From assembly GCF_964204645.1 (NCBI RefSeq), contig NC_134032.1:6436275-6500274 (forward strand): 64,000 bases of DNA, read 5' to 3'. Source of the DNA: Tubulanus polymorphus (lineage: Eukaryota; Animalia; Nemertea). Below the pieces are notes generated by a model. The model had not been told where the DNA came from and ran no database searches. It was given only the letters and a program-made list of their open reading frames with translations. A program made the translations under genes and the position numbers. Shown here one piece after another: positions 21,081-34,636 of this stretch. How positions within the stretch are numbered: the first letter of the stretch is position 1; each line of letters starts with the position of its first letter.

Positions 21081-23899
21081 AGATGAAGTCCGAGATATGG
21101 TGTCACTGCATTATTTACAATTATCTGCCTCGTCTTGTAAAGATGTGCCCTTTTCCACTTTTTGGATTGATGGGATTGATTGTAAAATTGTGCACTCTTT
21201 TACTCTTGGGATTGATACAGACGACTACGAGTGACCTGTCTTGTTTTTCCTGGAACTGATGGACGACTAAATGTGCCTTTACTTGTTCTCACTGTTACGA
21301 AATTATGAGTTATTTTGACGGGCATATTACATACAACATTCAAACCAGCAATGCGAAAACTCATAAACGCTGCTTTGCACTGTATCAATCATCAGTTGTT
21401 TTTTTTCTGAAGCATTATTATCATAAACCTGGTACATTACCCGACGAAGGTTTATTCACTGAGAACCTTTCGAAACCTATTGAATAATCAGAATTTGGGA
21501 TTTCCCAAAATGCCAAACTGTTGATGTTGTTAATTCAAATTCTAGGCATTGAAAATGCTTGCTTATACCTTCACTCGCGCATGTGCGATTGTTGTGATTG
21601 TGGTCAGTGTCGCATCAATTGTAGATGGTGAGTACCGAATAATACGAATAAGTTGCAATTATCAGTAAACATTTTGAACGAATCAATTTGATGAATACTA
21701 CTATACTATACTAATTGCATTTCGGAGATCAAAATTCAATGCATTGTTCTCATATATATTTATTTCTCCAACTTTTGTATTGTTAGTCTGAATGGTCACT
21801 AAAGCATCATCATCCTCGCACTCCTTCATCCGGTGAGGGGGGATTAAATTATTTCTTCAATTTAGGTAAAAAGCGTTTTTCCTTAAAAATTCTTCTTGAA
21901 TTTCAGGTGGTTATGGATTTGCAGGTTGCAAAAAAGCAGGAACCTGTAGCCATAATGGAGCGTGTTGCACCCGCAGGTGTAACAGCGGATTATGTGCTTC
22001 GTGACCTAATCGTTGGTGATGATGTTTCATAATGGGATATACTTATGGTGGTTTGGGATATATCCCTTTATGAAACTGAACCAGTCAGTAACTGACCGAC
22101 TGACTGACTATGTCGTGTACCTACGTGCGTACGTTAAGAAAATGTATTTATATTTCAACTTGGTCAAATCACATGTTTAATAATAAGATTCAATAAAACT
22201 GCGAGTATATAAATCAATGATCAGGTTTTTAACTGATTGCTATTCGTCGATGAAGATTTCCAAAGTGAGTGGGATGCGCCGTTCCATCCACGGCGTGGAA
22301 CACCATTAGCCAATTCCAGTTCCGCGTTTTACTCTTCTTATCGACTAATCCTAAGCAAAAGTACAAATTTCGATTTATATTCAACCATTGAAAGTTTTAA
22401 AAAATATCAATTTATTAGATTATTGATCTTTCAGGAGTAATTTTTGTTATTCTTTTCTCCTTTCCCACCAGCAAGCGTTCATGAAATGCCGCCCTATCAC
22501 ATCCGACTACTTAAAGCTGTAAACGTAGTGCTTAGGTCTGGGAACAATGTATGAGCCTGAACAAGTAAAACCTATATATCTAAAGTGAATCCTATCTCAT
22601 TAAACTCAGAAATATAGCTTCAAAGCAGTGATAACGGGTTTCCAGCTTTTTTTTATTTTACACTATGCAGTTACATGAAACGATGCCGAACGGCACGGTC
22701 TGACATTTGTAAATGGCGTATCTAAGAAAATGTGTTAACCAGCTTAAGGACTACTAATACATGAACTATGACTTTAATTATTTCTACAGCGTGAGGTTAG
22801 TAGATCTATATGTTTGCTCGAGCGTTTTTGTGAATTGCCATTCAAACTGAGCAGAACAAAAAGGACACAGAGGACTGTTCCATTGCAACCAGCCGCCATT
22901 TGACATTGAATTTGAATCACAATATCACCGGATTAGTCTTCTTGTGATGATGTTCTCCTGTATTTTCAAAACACCACCACCAGCAGGAATCGAGAACCTA
23001 ATTGTCCAGAAAGTAACAGATTTTGAGAAATACTGAATCTGAAAATGAGACGTCGAACTCAAGCGTGCATCGGTAAAATGTTTATGATATTGAAAAATTT
23101 ATAATTAGTAAAGTAGATCAACAATTTCACCGAAGAAACATCTGTCTCCGTTAATTCAATTTCATTGTTTCATCTTCATTTATCAATATACGTACGTACA
23201 CAAGGCAATGATACTTGTCTAGGTTTGACTCCTCTTAATGGCCACTCAAAAAACACGGTAGTGCTCGGCCATGCATGACTTGTTTTTGTATTTCAATATT
23301 CTAATCTCGAGACAACGGGTTTCTGCCTCGCTGGTTTAAATGTCGCACTCGAAAGCGCATAAAGATTTCACCAAAATAATTCTTATCAGTTTATAACATA
23401 CAACTGTTTTGAAGGAGCGCGACACATATCCGGGATATGTGGATCCACAAGGGCTACCACGTAAAAAGTACCGATGTACCTTGTTTGGTGCTTACATAGT
23501 TCCGTTGGGAGTTGCGAGAACTAATCGTACCCGTTGGTTATAGCACTTATGTGTATATGTACTTATACCATGTTTCTGATGTGATCCAGCTTTGAAACTG
23601 AACTAAACCACGTGTACTGAATAAATGTTACTTGATTTCAACATGAACAAAACAACATGAACAGAGATAAGAATATATCACTGTTAATTCGATAAAAGAC
23701 AAAAGTAATGAGAAAATGACGTTTTCAGATCAGAGGGCGAGACGGCGACTCGCCGCCACTTTTAATTTGTTTTCCTTTAAAATGGGAGAGAGTGAACAAG
23801 AAAACAGAAGAAAATTGATGGTAATAAAAATCAATATTATTAAACATATTGTAAAAAATGCATTGATAAATTTCACAAATCTCGACATGAAAAAACTGC

Positions 23900-24870
23900 A
23901 TATCATTAAAAAAATGTTATAGATTTTGAGACACCAGAAAATTCTATTAAAAAAACTAAATCTATTTCAAATAAATCTTATAAGGAAAATGTTAGAAATT
24001 ACATTGATTCACTAGAAATAAAAGATACGATTGAAATTTTAGAAACATTACATAGTAAAATTGGACCTGCAGCTACTATATTTAGATTTTTAAAGGCGCA
24101 ACAAGAAGATTATAGTAAATTTATTGAAATATTGGAAAAAATAATGGATTTTGTAACAGATGTTGAATATCCAAAAATTAGTATTTCTGGAAAAGTAAGT
24201 TTTATAAAATAAGAAAAAATGGAGTATCACATTCAAACACATTCTGGAGAAATAATTTCAAAAACACAAATTAAAGATAAATTAGAAAAAATATTTAATG
24301 AATTTAAACGTCATATTGGAGAAAGATATTTTGAAGGTTCTGGTTTAACATTGAATGAAATTATATTTTCAGATTTAAATGTTTATAATAAAAAAAGAAA
24401 TAAAACATCAAAAAGTATTAAAATGTTTACAAATGATTCACAATTTACAACAGAAAAGGATATCAAAGTATCATCTTATATCAAATTACCATTTGCAACA
24501 AAATCAGTTATAAATGTTCAAAATTGAGATAATAAATGTTTTCTATGGTCAATTATTAGTTGTTTACACCCAACAGTTTGTAGAATAACAGATTATCGGA
24601 AATATAAAACATTATATAAAATTTACCAATATCCAGTAACTATAAAAATGATTACTAAAATAGAAAACGTTGATAATTTAGAAATAAATGTATTCGAATT
24701 AATGCAATTACCAAAGACAAAAGGTGAACATATCAAAGATTACAGATTAGAAGCTTTATATTTAACAAAACATTATGATGATGAAAGTGTTATAGATATA
24801 TTATACTATAAAGAAGATGGTATCATTTGCTGTAAAATATTTCCAATTTCAATGTTCTATTAAATCGCTC
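23900..24870 (+). pseudogene. N-terminal part of a Polinton-type protein-primed DNA polymerase ORF
   Basis: EGSGLTLNEI, SSYIKLP, VINVQN*DNKCFLWSIISCLHP, IENVDNLEINVF; internal stops and frameshifts. Confidence 0.7.
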
Positions 24871-24899
24871 AACAACTGCTGCTTTTTTATCCGATTTTG

Positions 24900-25400
24900 T
24901 TAAAATATTCAATATTGCGGTAATCTAAAAGGTTATGAACAAGTGAATTATCAAATTCTTTTCCATCATCAAATTGTATTTTTTTCTGGTTTTAAAATGT
25001 ACCTGGAAGAAATTTTCTGAAAGCAATTGATGTTTGTACAGCATCTTTTCTGTGGGAAACTCCATACATAACGACTAAAAATATCAATTATATTTGATAT
25101 CCACCAATAATCATTATTATCCTTTTAGAGATTTTTCATATAAATTAAATCTTCCTGCCATTATTGACCTGCATAAATTACCATAGTTTACGAGTTTTGT
25201 ATTTCCTTACAATTCTTTTATGTGTTTTATATGTTGCTTGTTCTAACATATATTCATTTTTATATTTACATTTAACAAAATTTTGCGGAATTATTTTATT
25301 TAATCTATCTTGCTAATTTGTCGCCAAATATTTTTTATAGAAGAATAGGCAACCGAACTCTCAGGATTATAGTATAAATTTCTTAAATATTGTTCTTCTT
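24900..25400 (-). pseudogene. Polinton-type retroviral-like integrase fragment
   Basis: LYYNPES, EQATYKTHKRIVRK, WQEDLI, IDIFSRYVW, IQFDDGKEF on the minus strand with frameshifts. Confidence 0.75.
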
Positions 25401-25464
25401 GATGAGATTTTTTATTCTCTATTTATGTATCATCAATATTAACTATATATATTTTTAATATTGA

Positions 25465-26230
25465 ATACTATGTAATTGGATATTGTTATATTTAATTGCG
25501 CATCAGAAATAATATATAAATGCATTTTATAATTATCGATTCCTTTTTTCATTTTTATGAATGATTGTATTCCATCTTTTGTATTTTCTAATTTTTTACC
25601 AGAACCATGTAATGAATTATCTTCAGTAGTTCTTAAATCTAACCATAATGCAAATTTATTACCAGCTTAATGATTAATTTGATTAATATTACAATCTTCA
25701 GATGATTATATTTTTCATTCATAAAATGTTTTTTGATTTCTATCAAATGATCTATCATTCTCATTCCTTGACAAAATATTTTATTTGCTATACCTTCAAT
25801 AGTTATGTCTACTTTTGATATTTCAGGATTATAACAATTATCAACATATATGGTGCCATTAGAATATATTTTAGTAAAAAATATTAATATACCTTTAATA
25901 GATCTCCCAGGAAAGTTGACATTTTCATTAATTATTTCATCAGCTGAATTAATAGTAACAGTTTTAAATTTATCAATATAATCATATAATAATGACAATC
26001 CTTGATTGTATCGAGTTTTGAATTGTGCTCACAATATTTTCATTAGTTACTGTATCATATTCTAAACATATATTTGATAATTTATAACCCATATCTTTAA
26101 TAACACTCGATAATACAATTTCATTTACAGGTGCAAAAGTTATTCCGAATATTAAATCTTCTTGAATTGCATATTCATATAATGGAGAATTATCATTTAT
26201 TAAAATCTAATGGAATTCCATCTACTTTTT
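25465..26230 (-). pseudogene. Putative Polinton-like major capsid protein, C-terminal part
   Basis: NVNFPGRSIKGILIFF, YNPEISKVDITIEG..NKIF.QGM, DLRTTEDNSLHGSGKKLENTKDGIQ, HLYIISDAQLNI; capsid identity is from recall and context. Confidence 0.55.
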
Positions 26231-27729
26231 ATACTGGGAGATTTTTACCTGTTACCGAAAATAAACCATTTTAATGATGAAATTTCAATCTGAATCTATG
26301 ATTGCTTTTCTAATTTAAGAATCGAAATCCAAAAATAATGATGACGTTCACTTGAAAAACTCTGCATTTCTTCTAATTGAAATCTCCATTAAATTATTAT
26401 CGTGAAATAAAGGCAATCTCGATTAATCTTAAACTTCAAAACTTATCACACAATGCAAACGGATTTTAGAGTTTTATCGCTCATATATCTCACATCCTCA
26501 AAGAGCATATTCAGAATCTTAAATTTAACTGCTCTGAAAAGTATATAGCGTCTGCATGCAGTTTTCCACCACTGTTTTACACTGCTTATTGTCACGTATC
26601 TTTGCAAATCTGAAGCATATGTCGCTATTCATAACAGGGAATCTGGCAAGTGAACCTAAACTCAAAAGAAGCCGTATGAAGTATGTAGAGGGGGAGGGAG
26701 GGGGATAATAAATGCTATTGAGTAATGTTAGATAAATTTTTGAGAGTCTAGCTTTTTGGGAACGGGCCGCAGACGCATAAGGCACCGAAAGAGGTCTTTG
26801 AAAATGGAGATGCATTTAGGTGCATTCTGAGCATTCTTAGAAATTAGGAATGGTATATGCTCACAATTTAACCATTCAACCACTGGGTACATACGGATAC
26901 CTACCCAAGGCATGTTTTACGTAAAAAGGATAATGACGATCACAATCGGGGGATAGAACGGTATACATGTATCTTTTACCACCAGGCGATGAAAAAAATA
27001 CGTTCAAACGTCAGTTTATTTGTGATCACATCCAGCAGTCAACTATTTTATTTCAATCGTTGCCTCACATTCCAATCGTCATGATTTTTTGTATATATTT
27101 CTGTCATATCTGGAACTCGGGTCCTCAGGGCAAATCCCTAGTAAAGTAAAGCTGTAAGACTACACCGAATTACTGATGACGTTAGCCGAAAGCCGTTATT
27201 CCTCTCTGCAACATACATTTGTTACAGTAGTCCAACTGATCTTTATCGATTATACGTAACAAAATGTATCAATGAATAGGTCAAATAATACATTTTCTTT
27301 AGAATATGTAAAATGTACATGGAACGATTCACCGTATTTGGAAATAAATTCAAATCAGCGAAATTAATGTAATAATCAACGATTCAGTGATTCTGTGAAG
27401 TTCAAACACCCCCAAAACAATGCACATCTGACTCCAATTCTATATCAATCCTATACTAATTATCATCCAATTCTAGAAACGTTTTCTTATCAATCGTGGC
27501 AATTGCGCAATATAAGGCAGGCTCGCGCTTAAAAACTTCTTTTAAACTTCTTTTTCATGTCCTTCGTCAATGCATGATAGGAGACGTTTGATTAAACCAC
27601 TTTTGGATTCCACGTAAGTCAAACTGCAAATCAACCGACTGATATGGGACCACCAATAACTTCTAAAACTGATCAAGTTAACCGACTGATCTTGATCTTG
27701 GTTTAGTGAATTCTGCAAATATAATGCAG

Positions 27730-27840
27730 TAAACCGACCTAGGTTACAGTATTGTAGCCTCGGTCAGTGTTCACATGAAAATCTGTGCAAGTCAATCAAC
27801 CTAGGTTACAATATTGAAGCCTCGGTCAGTGTTCACAGAT
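27730..27840. repeat. Tandem duplication of about 61 bp
   Basis: ACCTAGGTTACA.TATTG.AGCCTCGGTCAGTGTTCACA occurs twice. Confidence 0.8.
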
Positions 27841-30379
27841 CAATCATACATTTGCCTCAACCTAGTCTGCCAGGTTACTTATTGCTTTGTATTTATACTG
27901 GCCCGAGCATAACCGTATTTCTTTTTTCAGCTTTATAAATGATTCCACAAATTTTAAAATTCCATTTTCGAATAATGAGTGTTTCAACATCTTTTTGACA
28001 CAAACTGAAATGAGAAAATATGAATACATTCTATCATATTTTGTATATACGTAAATATTGTCGCACAGCGAGTTCTAAGGTTAGACCTAGGCTTGAGAAA
28101 ATACAATGCAGATCCATGAGCTTTAGTAATTATAAAGAATAACGTTTATTCGTGAGATCCCCCCACCATATACATTGCTTGCAAGTCATACAAACCTCCA
28201 AAATTGGGCAGAAGCTTACGCCTAGCCATTTGCATTACATCCCCAACCCTTACAAAGTATACAACAACCGTCGCAATAGTTTGCTACCAACACATATTCA
28301 GAAAGATAAAATGACTAAGATTACCTACCTCAGACCCTCCATCTGAAAATACATATTTCCTCATTCTATGGACACTTATCAACTTCTCAATTCTCCATCC
28401 TTTCCCAAAGAATGTTGTCTTTGTAATTTTAGTCATTTAAGTTATCGGCGAGAAAAAATCGAAGTCAGGATTCGATTAACACTGAAGGGAGTTTGAATAC
28501 TAGGTGAGATACATAACTAGATTCATATTCGCGTCACAAAACGAACAAATTATATAAAGTTAACCTTAGAAACGCACGCGTACCAAGTCAATGAAAAAGG
28601 AATCTTCCTTTTTCAACTTGCTCGACGATTAAAAATTCCCAAAACAACCAAGGTGAACTGCGCATTTATCGACGAATGTACTCGTTTTGAGATATGGTAC
28701 TCCGTACATTTATCCAAGGTTATACTCAGGTTATTTTGGGTACTATACATGCCTCACCATTCTCAAGAGCATGGTAAGGCTGAGTATTCCGGAGAAAAGA
28801 AAAACGCGGTCACTCATTTGCAGTTCGGCCATATTGGTAGCAACGAAAATCAGCAAAACGCATGGTATCCACAAAGGATACTCAGAATTGCGTTCCCCTT
28901 AGGCCTACTCGTCAAGTACCGTACCCGGCATTAGGTACGTTTCGATTAATTCGCCTCCAGTCAGAATGGCGCTGCTTACTGATAATTCCGTCAGAAGGGC
29001 CGAAATCCTCAGAATTCCTGTATACACGTCAAAAACACTTGGAAGTCAGGGCAAGTAAATTACAGAAAGCGAAAATTTTCCGAAGTTTTTCTCAGCAAAT
29101 ATCGCATCCCCGTTCCAAGCTCTAGACCTAACCACCTCGCATCATTACTTGCTTCACGATTGAAAAATAACGCCCTAAGTTGATTCCGCTAAATTTTGTC
29201 GCGCATGACATACACCTTGGCAGACTACTAAGCAACTGTCGGTAACATAGGTAAACCAAAAACCACAGATTAGAAACTTCGTTTGATTCTTGAAATAAAT
29301 GGTTGGTCTTCGAAAAACAAGATCAGTGTTGAGTTACAAGCGGGTTCGAGTTCTGGCGGTTACCGGTACAGTGTGCGGGCAAAACTTCGAAGGCCTGGGT
29401 TTCGTCGTGAGGTTAAATGAGCGATCGAATAGGGTTAGTCTTAAACAAGATTTAACAAGATAAAGGAAGATAAACGAAGAAAGGACGCCTAATACGTACA
29501 ATTACATCCCCGATTAAAATTGAGTTAATGCCAGGTTGCGCAAAAATCTCATGTTGATCTTCGTATATGTTTGCCAAGACCCTTGAAAGTCCAGACATCG
29601 ACGCTCTCTTCAAATACATCCGCCTTCAAATCAAAGGTAATGATTAGAATATTGACTCAACAAAATTATAATCTTTAATGATGGATCTTTTGGGAATACC
29701 TTTGTAATAGTGAGCTGAATTCGCCGTGAGTTCCTGATAGCACCCTAGCGCTCGCCTCACATAGTTGTTTACGGAGTTCGGGTAGGATTTCATTGATAAA
29801 CATATCCTCCAATTGAACAACCATAGGATCAAGCGCATCCAACCATCCAACCAGAAATATTCTTCGACAAGATGGCGACTTCCAACCATGCGGTCGTATT
29901 GGCTGATAAACCATTCGTCCATCGCAGCGCCATCTGTAAGTCTTTTCGTCCTCTTGGCTCGTCTGTAGTTTAACGCCGAAACGCAACTGCACCATCTCGA
30001 CTCAATCTAGTTTTGAATCGTCTGCTTCCTCCATTGACGCAGAAGTCAGGACAATCGTTGATTAGATATGCATGTTTTTCTAAATGCTAGCTCGGGAAAT
30101 TCAAGAATTTGTCTATGGTGAATACTCGAAATTATTCAAAATTTAGAATCAGTTCCCAAGCTAATTTAAGGACTACTCAGGGACTTAAAGTCCGTTTACA
30201 GCTATTGTACAGCTAACACCACCAATAACAAAATGACAAAGGCGCTTGTAATATCGATGTTGTAGAAATGTGTCACGTGAATAGTTTGAAACACGCTCTC
30301 AATACTCTGAAAGAAGTTCGTGGAATCAACTGTATATACCTTTAGTCGTGCGCGAGGATCACACCTGTGTACTTCACAG

Positions 30380-31095
30380 TTCGAAAAACGCTCATCGACA
30401 ACATGGCGTCAAATTCTACATTTAGAATCGAGCTCGCAGTTTCATTTCGTGAACACCATTAGCCTATTCCAGTTCCTATTCCATTATCTACGTATCTTTC
30501 AGGAGTAACGACATAACAATGTTTCTATTCCTATGATTATCATCAATTTCCCCTTTCCAGCGGGCGAGCGTTCATAAAATAACATGTCCTACCACATCCC
30601 ACTACTTAAAACTTAAAAAGGTAAAGTTTTAATCTAGGAGCAATATAGAGCCACGCAAAAATATTGCTTGTTTCTCATCAGTTTCAATTTCCGCGCGCGT
30701 CAAAATATTTCGTCAGTAAAAAATGAAGTGTTTTACTTTATTTAACAAAAGTAAAACACTCCCACACGCATCCTGATAAGCAACCTAATCACACTTTTTT
30801 ATATTTTTTTCATGCTCATTACCCAATTGTTACTGTGGCAGGTGAGTATTTCGGTAACGAAGTTCTTTCCATCCCGCTTCAAGGTGTTTAATGCCAAAAT
30901 TTTCCCACAAGAAGAAAAATAGCCACCCTCGTCAATTTTGGAATTTTAAATAAGGACTTTTATTTATATCTTTTTTTTAAGGGAGCCAGAAATAAAAACC
31001 TGCTGCCATCGTCACTTTTCCAAAAAGGGCTAATGAGAAACAAGGGTATTCCCTTGCGTGGCCTTAAAAAACCTGAACGAGTGAAACCTATCAAA
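30380..31095 (+). repeat. Dispersed repeat shared with about 22290-22575, interrupted here by a MITE
   Basis: Shared TCTTTCAGGAGTAA, AGCGTTCAT, CACATCC.ACTACTTAAA and CCTGAAC.AGT.AAACCTAT blocks. Confidence 0.6.
30649..31063. mobile_element. MITE with GCCACGCAA...TTGCGTGGCC TIRs (Zator/Harbinger-like)
   Basis: GCCACGCAA...CTTGTTTCTCAT.AG is inverted at both ends; it splits the dispersed repeat. Confidence 0.65.
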
Positions 31096-31526
31096 AACGC
31101 GTTGACAATATATATTTACACTCCAACTCCTATTATTTCTTCCCTGTGGATACTTCCTAAAGGGAGTTATATATCAAATTTTATTCATCAAATTTTACAA
31201 ATCTGAGGAAATTGTGTGAGATCTCTGAGCATTGATTTTCACTTTGTCGTTATCAATATATATCTGTGTGGATTTCATTTACGTTAGACTTCTGAGAATT
31301 GATTTTCACTTTGTCGTCAACAATAAATTGTAAGGTAATTCCATCTCTAACGAATGATGAATAGCTGATCCCATGAATAAGACTCCATTCACGTTAAATT
31401 GTTTTATCAGCAATATTTGTGCACGCTAGTTGTTTGTGCATGCGTATTACAGTCAACCCGTATTTCATGGATTGATCTCGATGAGGAAGGTTCAGAAAGC
31501 CTAACTCAGTTGTTTCTCGTCGAATC

Positions 31527-32474
31527 ATGAATTTTACTGTGATGCACATCGCTAAACCCGGTAGTTATACCCTTCTCATGTCTGTGGTGAACAGGTCTGG
31601 AATCTACCGTACTGTGTCATTGGTCATCATGGCCATCATGTTCATGTTAGGAGCCTTCGGAAATTCGGCTACTTTCCTAATAATGACAAGTCGCAAATTC
31701 CGCATTTTATCTTACGCAAATTATCTGATCGTTTTGTCTATCAGTGACTTTCTGATTGGTTTCAGTATTAATTTGATGCCTGCTATACAGTTTGTTCTCG
31801 CGTACGTTAAAGATGGTCCAATATTCATGATAAATTCACTGATCAGTTGTCAAATCTTTGAATTTGTGATAAATTCAACGGCAGCCAATAGTACGTGGTT
31901 AATAGTGGTTATATCTCTAGAACGGGTGGCAGTTGTGGTCTTTCCGTTCACATCACGTTTGATATGTACCCCCAGATTCGCCAGATGCGCCATTGTTTTT
32001 ATTTTTACCAAGAACATACTCCTATATGGCATTCCAATCGTAACGATTATGAATTTTTCCGACGAATCCTTCGGCTGTTTCATGTTACTATATGAAAGAT
32101 TCAAGTATTATACTGTATCCATCGTTCACGGTGTTTTTCTCCCTTTATCGGTGATTATAATATCGAATTCTGTTATAATACTTCAGTTATTCAGAGGTCC
32201 AAAAATGGTTTCGTCTGATCAGAAAACTACAAAATCAAAACGAACAACAATAATGCTTGTAACAGTTTCACTCGCATTTGCAATATCTAAACTTCCAAAT
32301 ACTTTGGTCTTTCTTTCACCAATAACTCGGCATGTGAGATATTATCTGATACAGATTTTCACTCGGTTCGAAGAGTGTAATCACATTGTCAACTTTTACA
32401 TATATCTTTTATTGGGACGAGAAATTCGGGAATATTTCTATATGAAAATCTGCTGTAAAAGGTCTGTGAAATAA
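31527..32474 (+). CDS. Intronless class A (rhodopsin-like) GPCR, orphan peptide-receptor/chemoreceptor-like, 315 aa
   Basis: Seven hydrophobic segments; GN in TM1, YL..L..SD in TM2, TM3 Cys, SLERV..V.FPF, ECL2 Cys, P..II..N in TM5, LP in TM6, NH.VNFYIY in TM7, C-terminal CC, N-terminal sequons NFT and NRS. Confidence 0.9.
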   Translation: MNFTVMHIAKPGSYTLLMSVVNRSGIYRTVSLVIMAIMFMLGAFGNSATFLIMTSRKFRILSYANYLIVLSISDFLIGFSINLMPAIQFVLAYVKDGPIFMINSLISCQIFEFVINSTAANSTWLIVVISLERVAVVVFPFTSRLICTPRFARCAIVFIFTKNILLYGIPIVTIMNFSDESFGCFMLLYERFKYYTVSIVHGVFLPLSVIIISNSVIILQLFRGPKMVSSDQKTTKSKRTTIMLVTVSLAFAISKLPNTLVFLSPITRHVRYYLIQIFTRFEECNHIVNFYIYLLLGREIREYFYMKICCKRSVK

Positions 32475-32479
32475 CCATT

Positions 32480-33110
32480 GATTTGAAGTTTTGACTTCAG
32501 AGACTAACATTCTATCTTTATAAGAATTTTTAAGAATTTTATGTAGGCCGGATGTCTTTCCAAGTTTGAGCTGACTTATGGCCTTCGTGATCTCGAGCTT
32601 TGTTATTGAACCAGTGATAAGGCCGTTTATATTATCATCGTCAATCATGTCGATATCCGAATTTTCATCATCGTCTTTTTTATTTATGTCTTTAAAATAT
32701 TCGGGAAATTCTTGGATGAGGAGGGAAGTTGCTGAGGCCTTGGGGTTTAATAAGTTAATTAACTTCCAATACAATTTAGCATTCTTTGTACTCATTGTTC
32801 GAATATCATTCTGTACTTTCTTTGTATGCTGTCGTACGTGTTTTTACATTTTTAAATCGCTTTCTAGCCTCGGACAAGCGTCCTTTAAAGAAAGGGTTTT
32901 TAATCTCGGTTATATGATCTCCGCGATAAATGGTAGTGTCGTCTTGAATTGAAGTACACGCTCAAGCGACGACATGTTTCACGTCAATTCTATTACCCAG
33001 TATCTACGAAATAACCTGATATGGACGTCCAAATTTCCCGTTAATATGCTTACATCCGTAACCCGTCAACACTATGATTCGGAGAAAACCACGTTGATAC
33101 AGTTTTCGAG
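32480..33110 (-). mobile_element. Degenerate LINE ORF2 fragment
   Basis: YWKLIN...F.EYFK...IT..EI.KAI.QLK.GK.SG pre-RT motif. Confidence 0.65.
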
Positions 33111-34636
33111 GAAAATAAAAAATAAGTAAATAATGAAAACACAATTACACACAAGACGCTACTAATACAAACAAATACTCATGCAGTATATACTACAATC
33201 TAATCCATTGACACTAAAAGAAAGAAAAAAAACAACAAAAAACAAAAGCCAAAATCAAAATTTTGCACGAAAAGGAATAAACTCAACTGAAGCGTCCTTC
33301 GTTAACGAATCAGTAACGAACAAGACAACCCAGTTCCACGCAATTACACACCCCCAACTAAACTAAATCGTGACCGCAACACAAACCAAACTAAACCGGA
33401 AATTTTCCTTTCGCTATTCCAAAACGAATTCACATCCAACGATCGCAATCAACGCATCGAATGATATACACGTGTAGATTCATATACGCCACAATCACCA
33501 ATGTGAACACGAACACCACGCATCGAAATCGATTCCAAAACACGAAATGCAATAACACACTTCAGGTTCTTAGCGGTGTAAATTAAGAAATATGGTTTTT
33601 ATACCTCATAAAACCATCACGAAGCAAGTAAATAAACAAATAAATAAATAGCAGCTAAACTAGTAAGCGAAAATAAAGTACATATAATGTTGTGTCCACA
33701 ACACCACAAGCAAAGCAACTTAAAGTGCAAGCACACACGTCTGCTAATATAACATACCGAGACGTAAACGCGATAGCTGAACGATTTCTTTTTCGCTGCT
33801 CCTTTCCGCGTCACTTCCGAACACGCTGACGACTAGTACACTACGACGAGAAACATGAAAGATTTACGGGGCGCCAATGTCGTAGCTCGGTCCCGTTTGA
33901 CCGAGATTATCCTCTGATCATTTTAGGGCGGGAGAGCCGACGGACGAATACCGCACTCCACTCCTCACCTACGTTCCGGTTCCGCAGGATGCTGTCGCGA
34001 CGTTCTTCTCCGAGACTTTTCCTCGATCCAGTGAATAAAAGGAATCCTCGTCCGACCCTGTGGAGCAATTAACACATAGATTGGAATATCATGCCACAGT
34101 TACGTACTTCACCCCATCAATACGAGGACGACTAACTTTCCCCTTACAATTATTTACAATCATTCTCACCACTCAACATTCTAACAACTACCTTTCACAA
34201 CACATCAAAATCACCCCATTTAATATTATGTTTTACTCACCCAAGATTCATCTTATCTTATCAAGCAACAGAACAAGGGCGACACTGACTGCATACATAC
34301 AAACCTCAAATAATCAACAGCGCCCTCTAGATGACGCTCAGCGAGGGAAAATCTATCATCAACAACTTCCCCTAAACATACCATTCAATTACCCCAAACA
34401 CCCTGACAATCAACAATTCGAAGCCCGAGCACATCGTAGTATACTTTCAAATAGATACATGTAGAAGATTACTAATTTACCTGCAGAGCAACCAACACAT
34501 TGGAATATCATGCCACAGTTTATTACAACGTACTTCACCCCGTATCCCGGGCCCGTATCACTACGAGGATGACTGACGCTACAGGTCACCAAGGACGCCA
34601 ACTCCATTTGGTGGCGCCACTTGCCAGACCCATAAA

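Larger units (their letters stand above)
23700..26230. mobile_element. Degenerate, rearranged Polinton/Maverick-like endogenous virus remnant
   Basis: Very AT-rich block with pPolB-associated, integrase and putative capsid remnants (listed separately). Confidence 0.75.

Noticed and set aside
27165-27205. CTGATGA...GAAA hammerhead candidate
   Set aside because: Stem II does not pair; compatible with chance.
28079-29133. Possible 1-kb element with GGTTAG..CTAG.GCTTG inverted ends
   Set aside because: The match is short and imperfect and no TSD was found.
33865-34070. HDV-like ribozyme in the LINE leader (TCCTCGT loop-like motif)
   Set aside because: I could not assemble consistent P1, P2, P3 and P1.1 pairings by eye.
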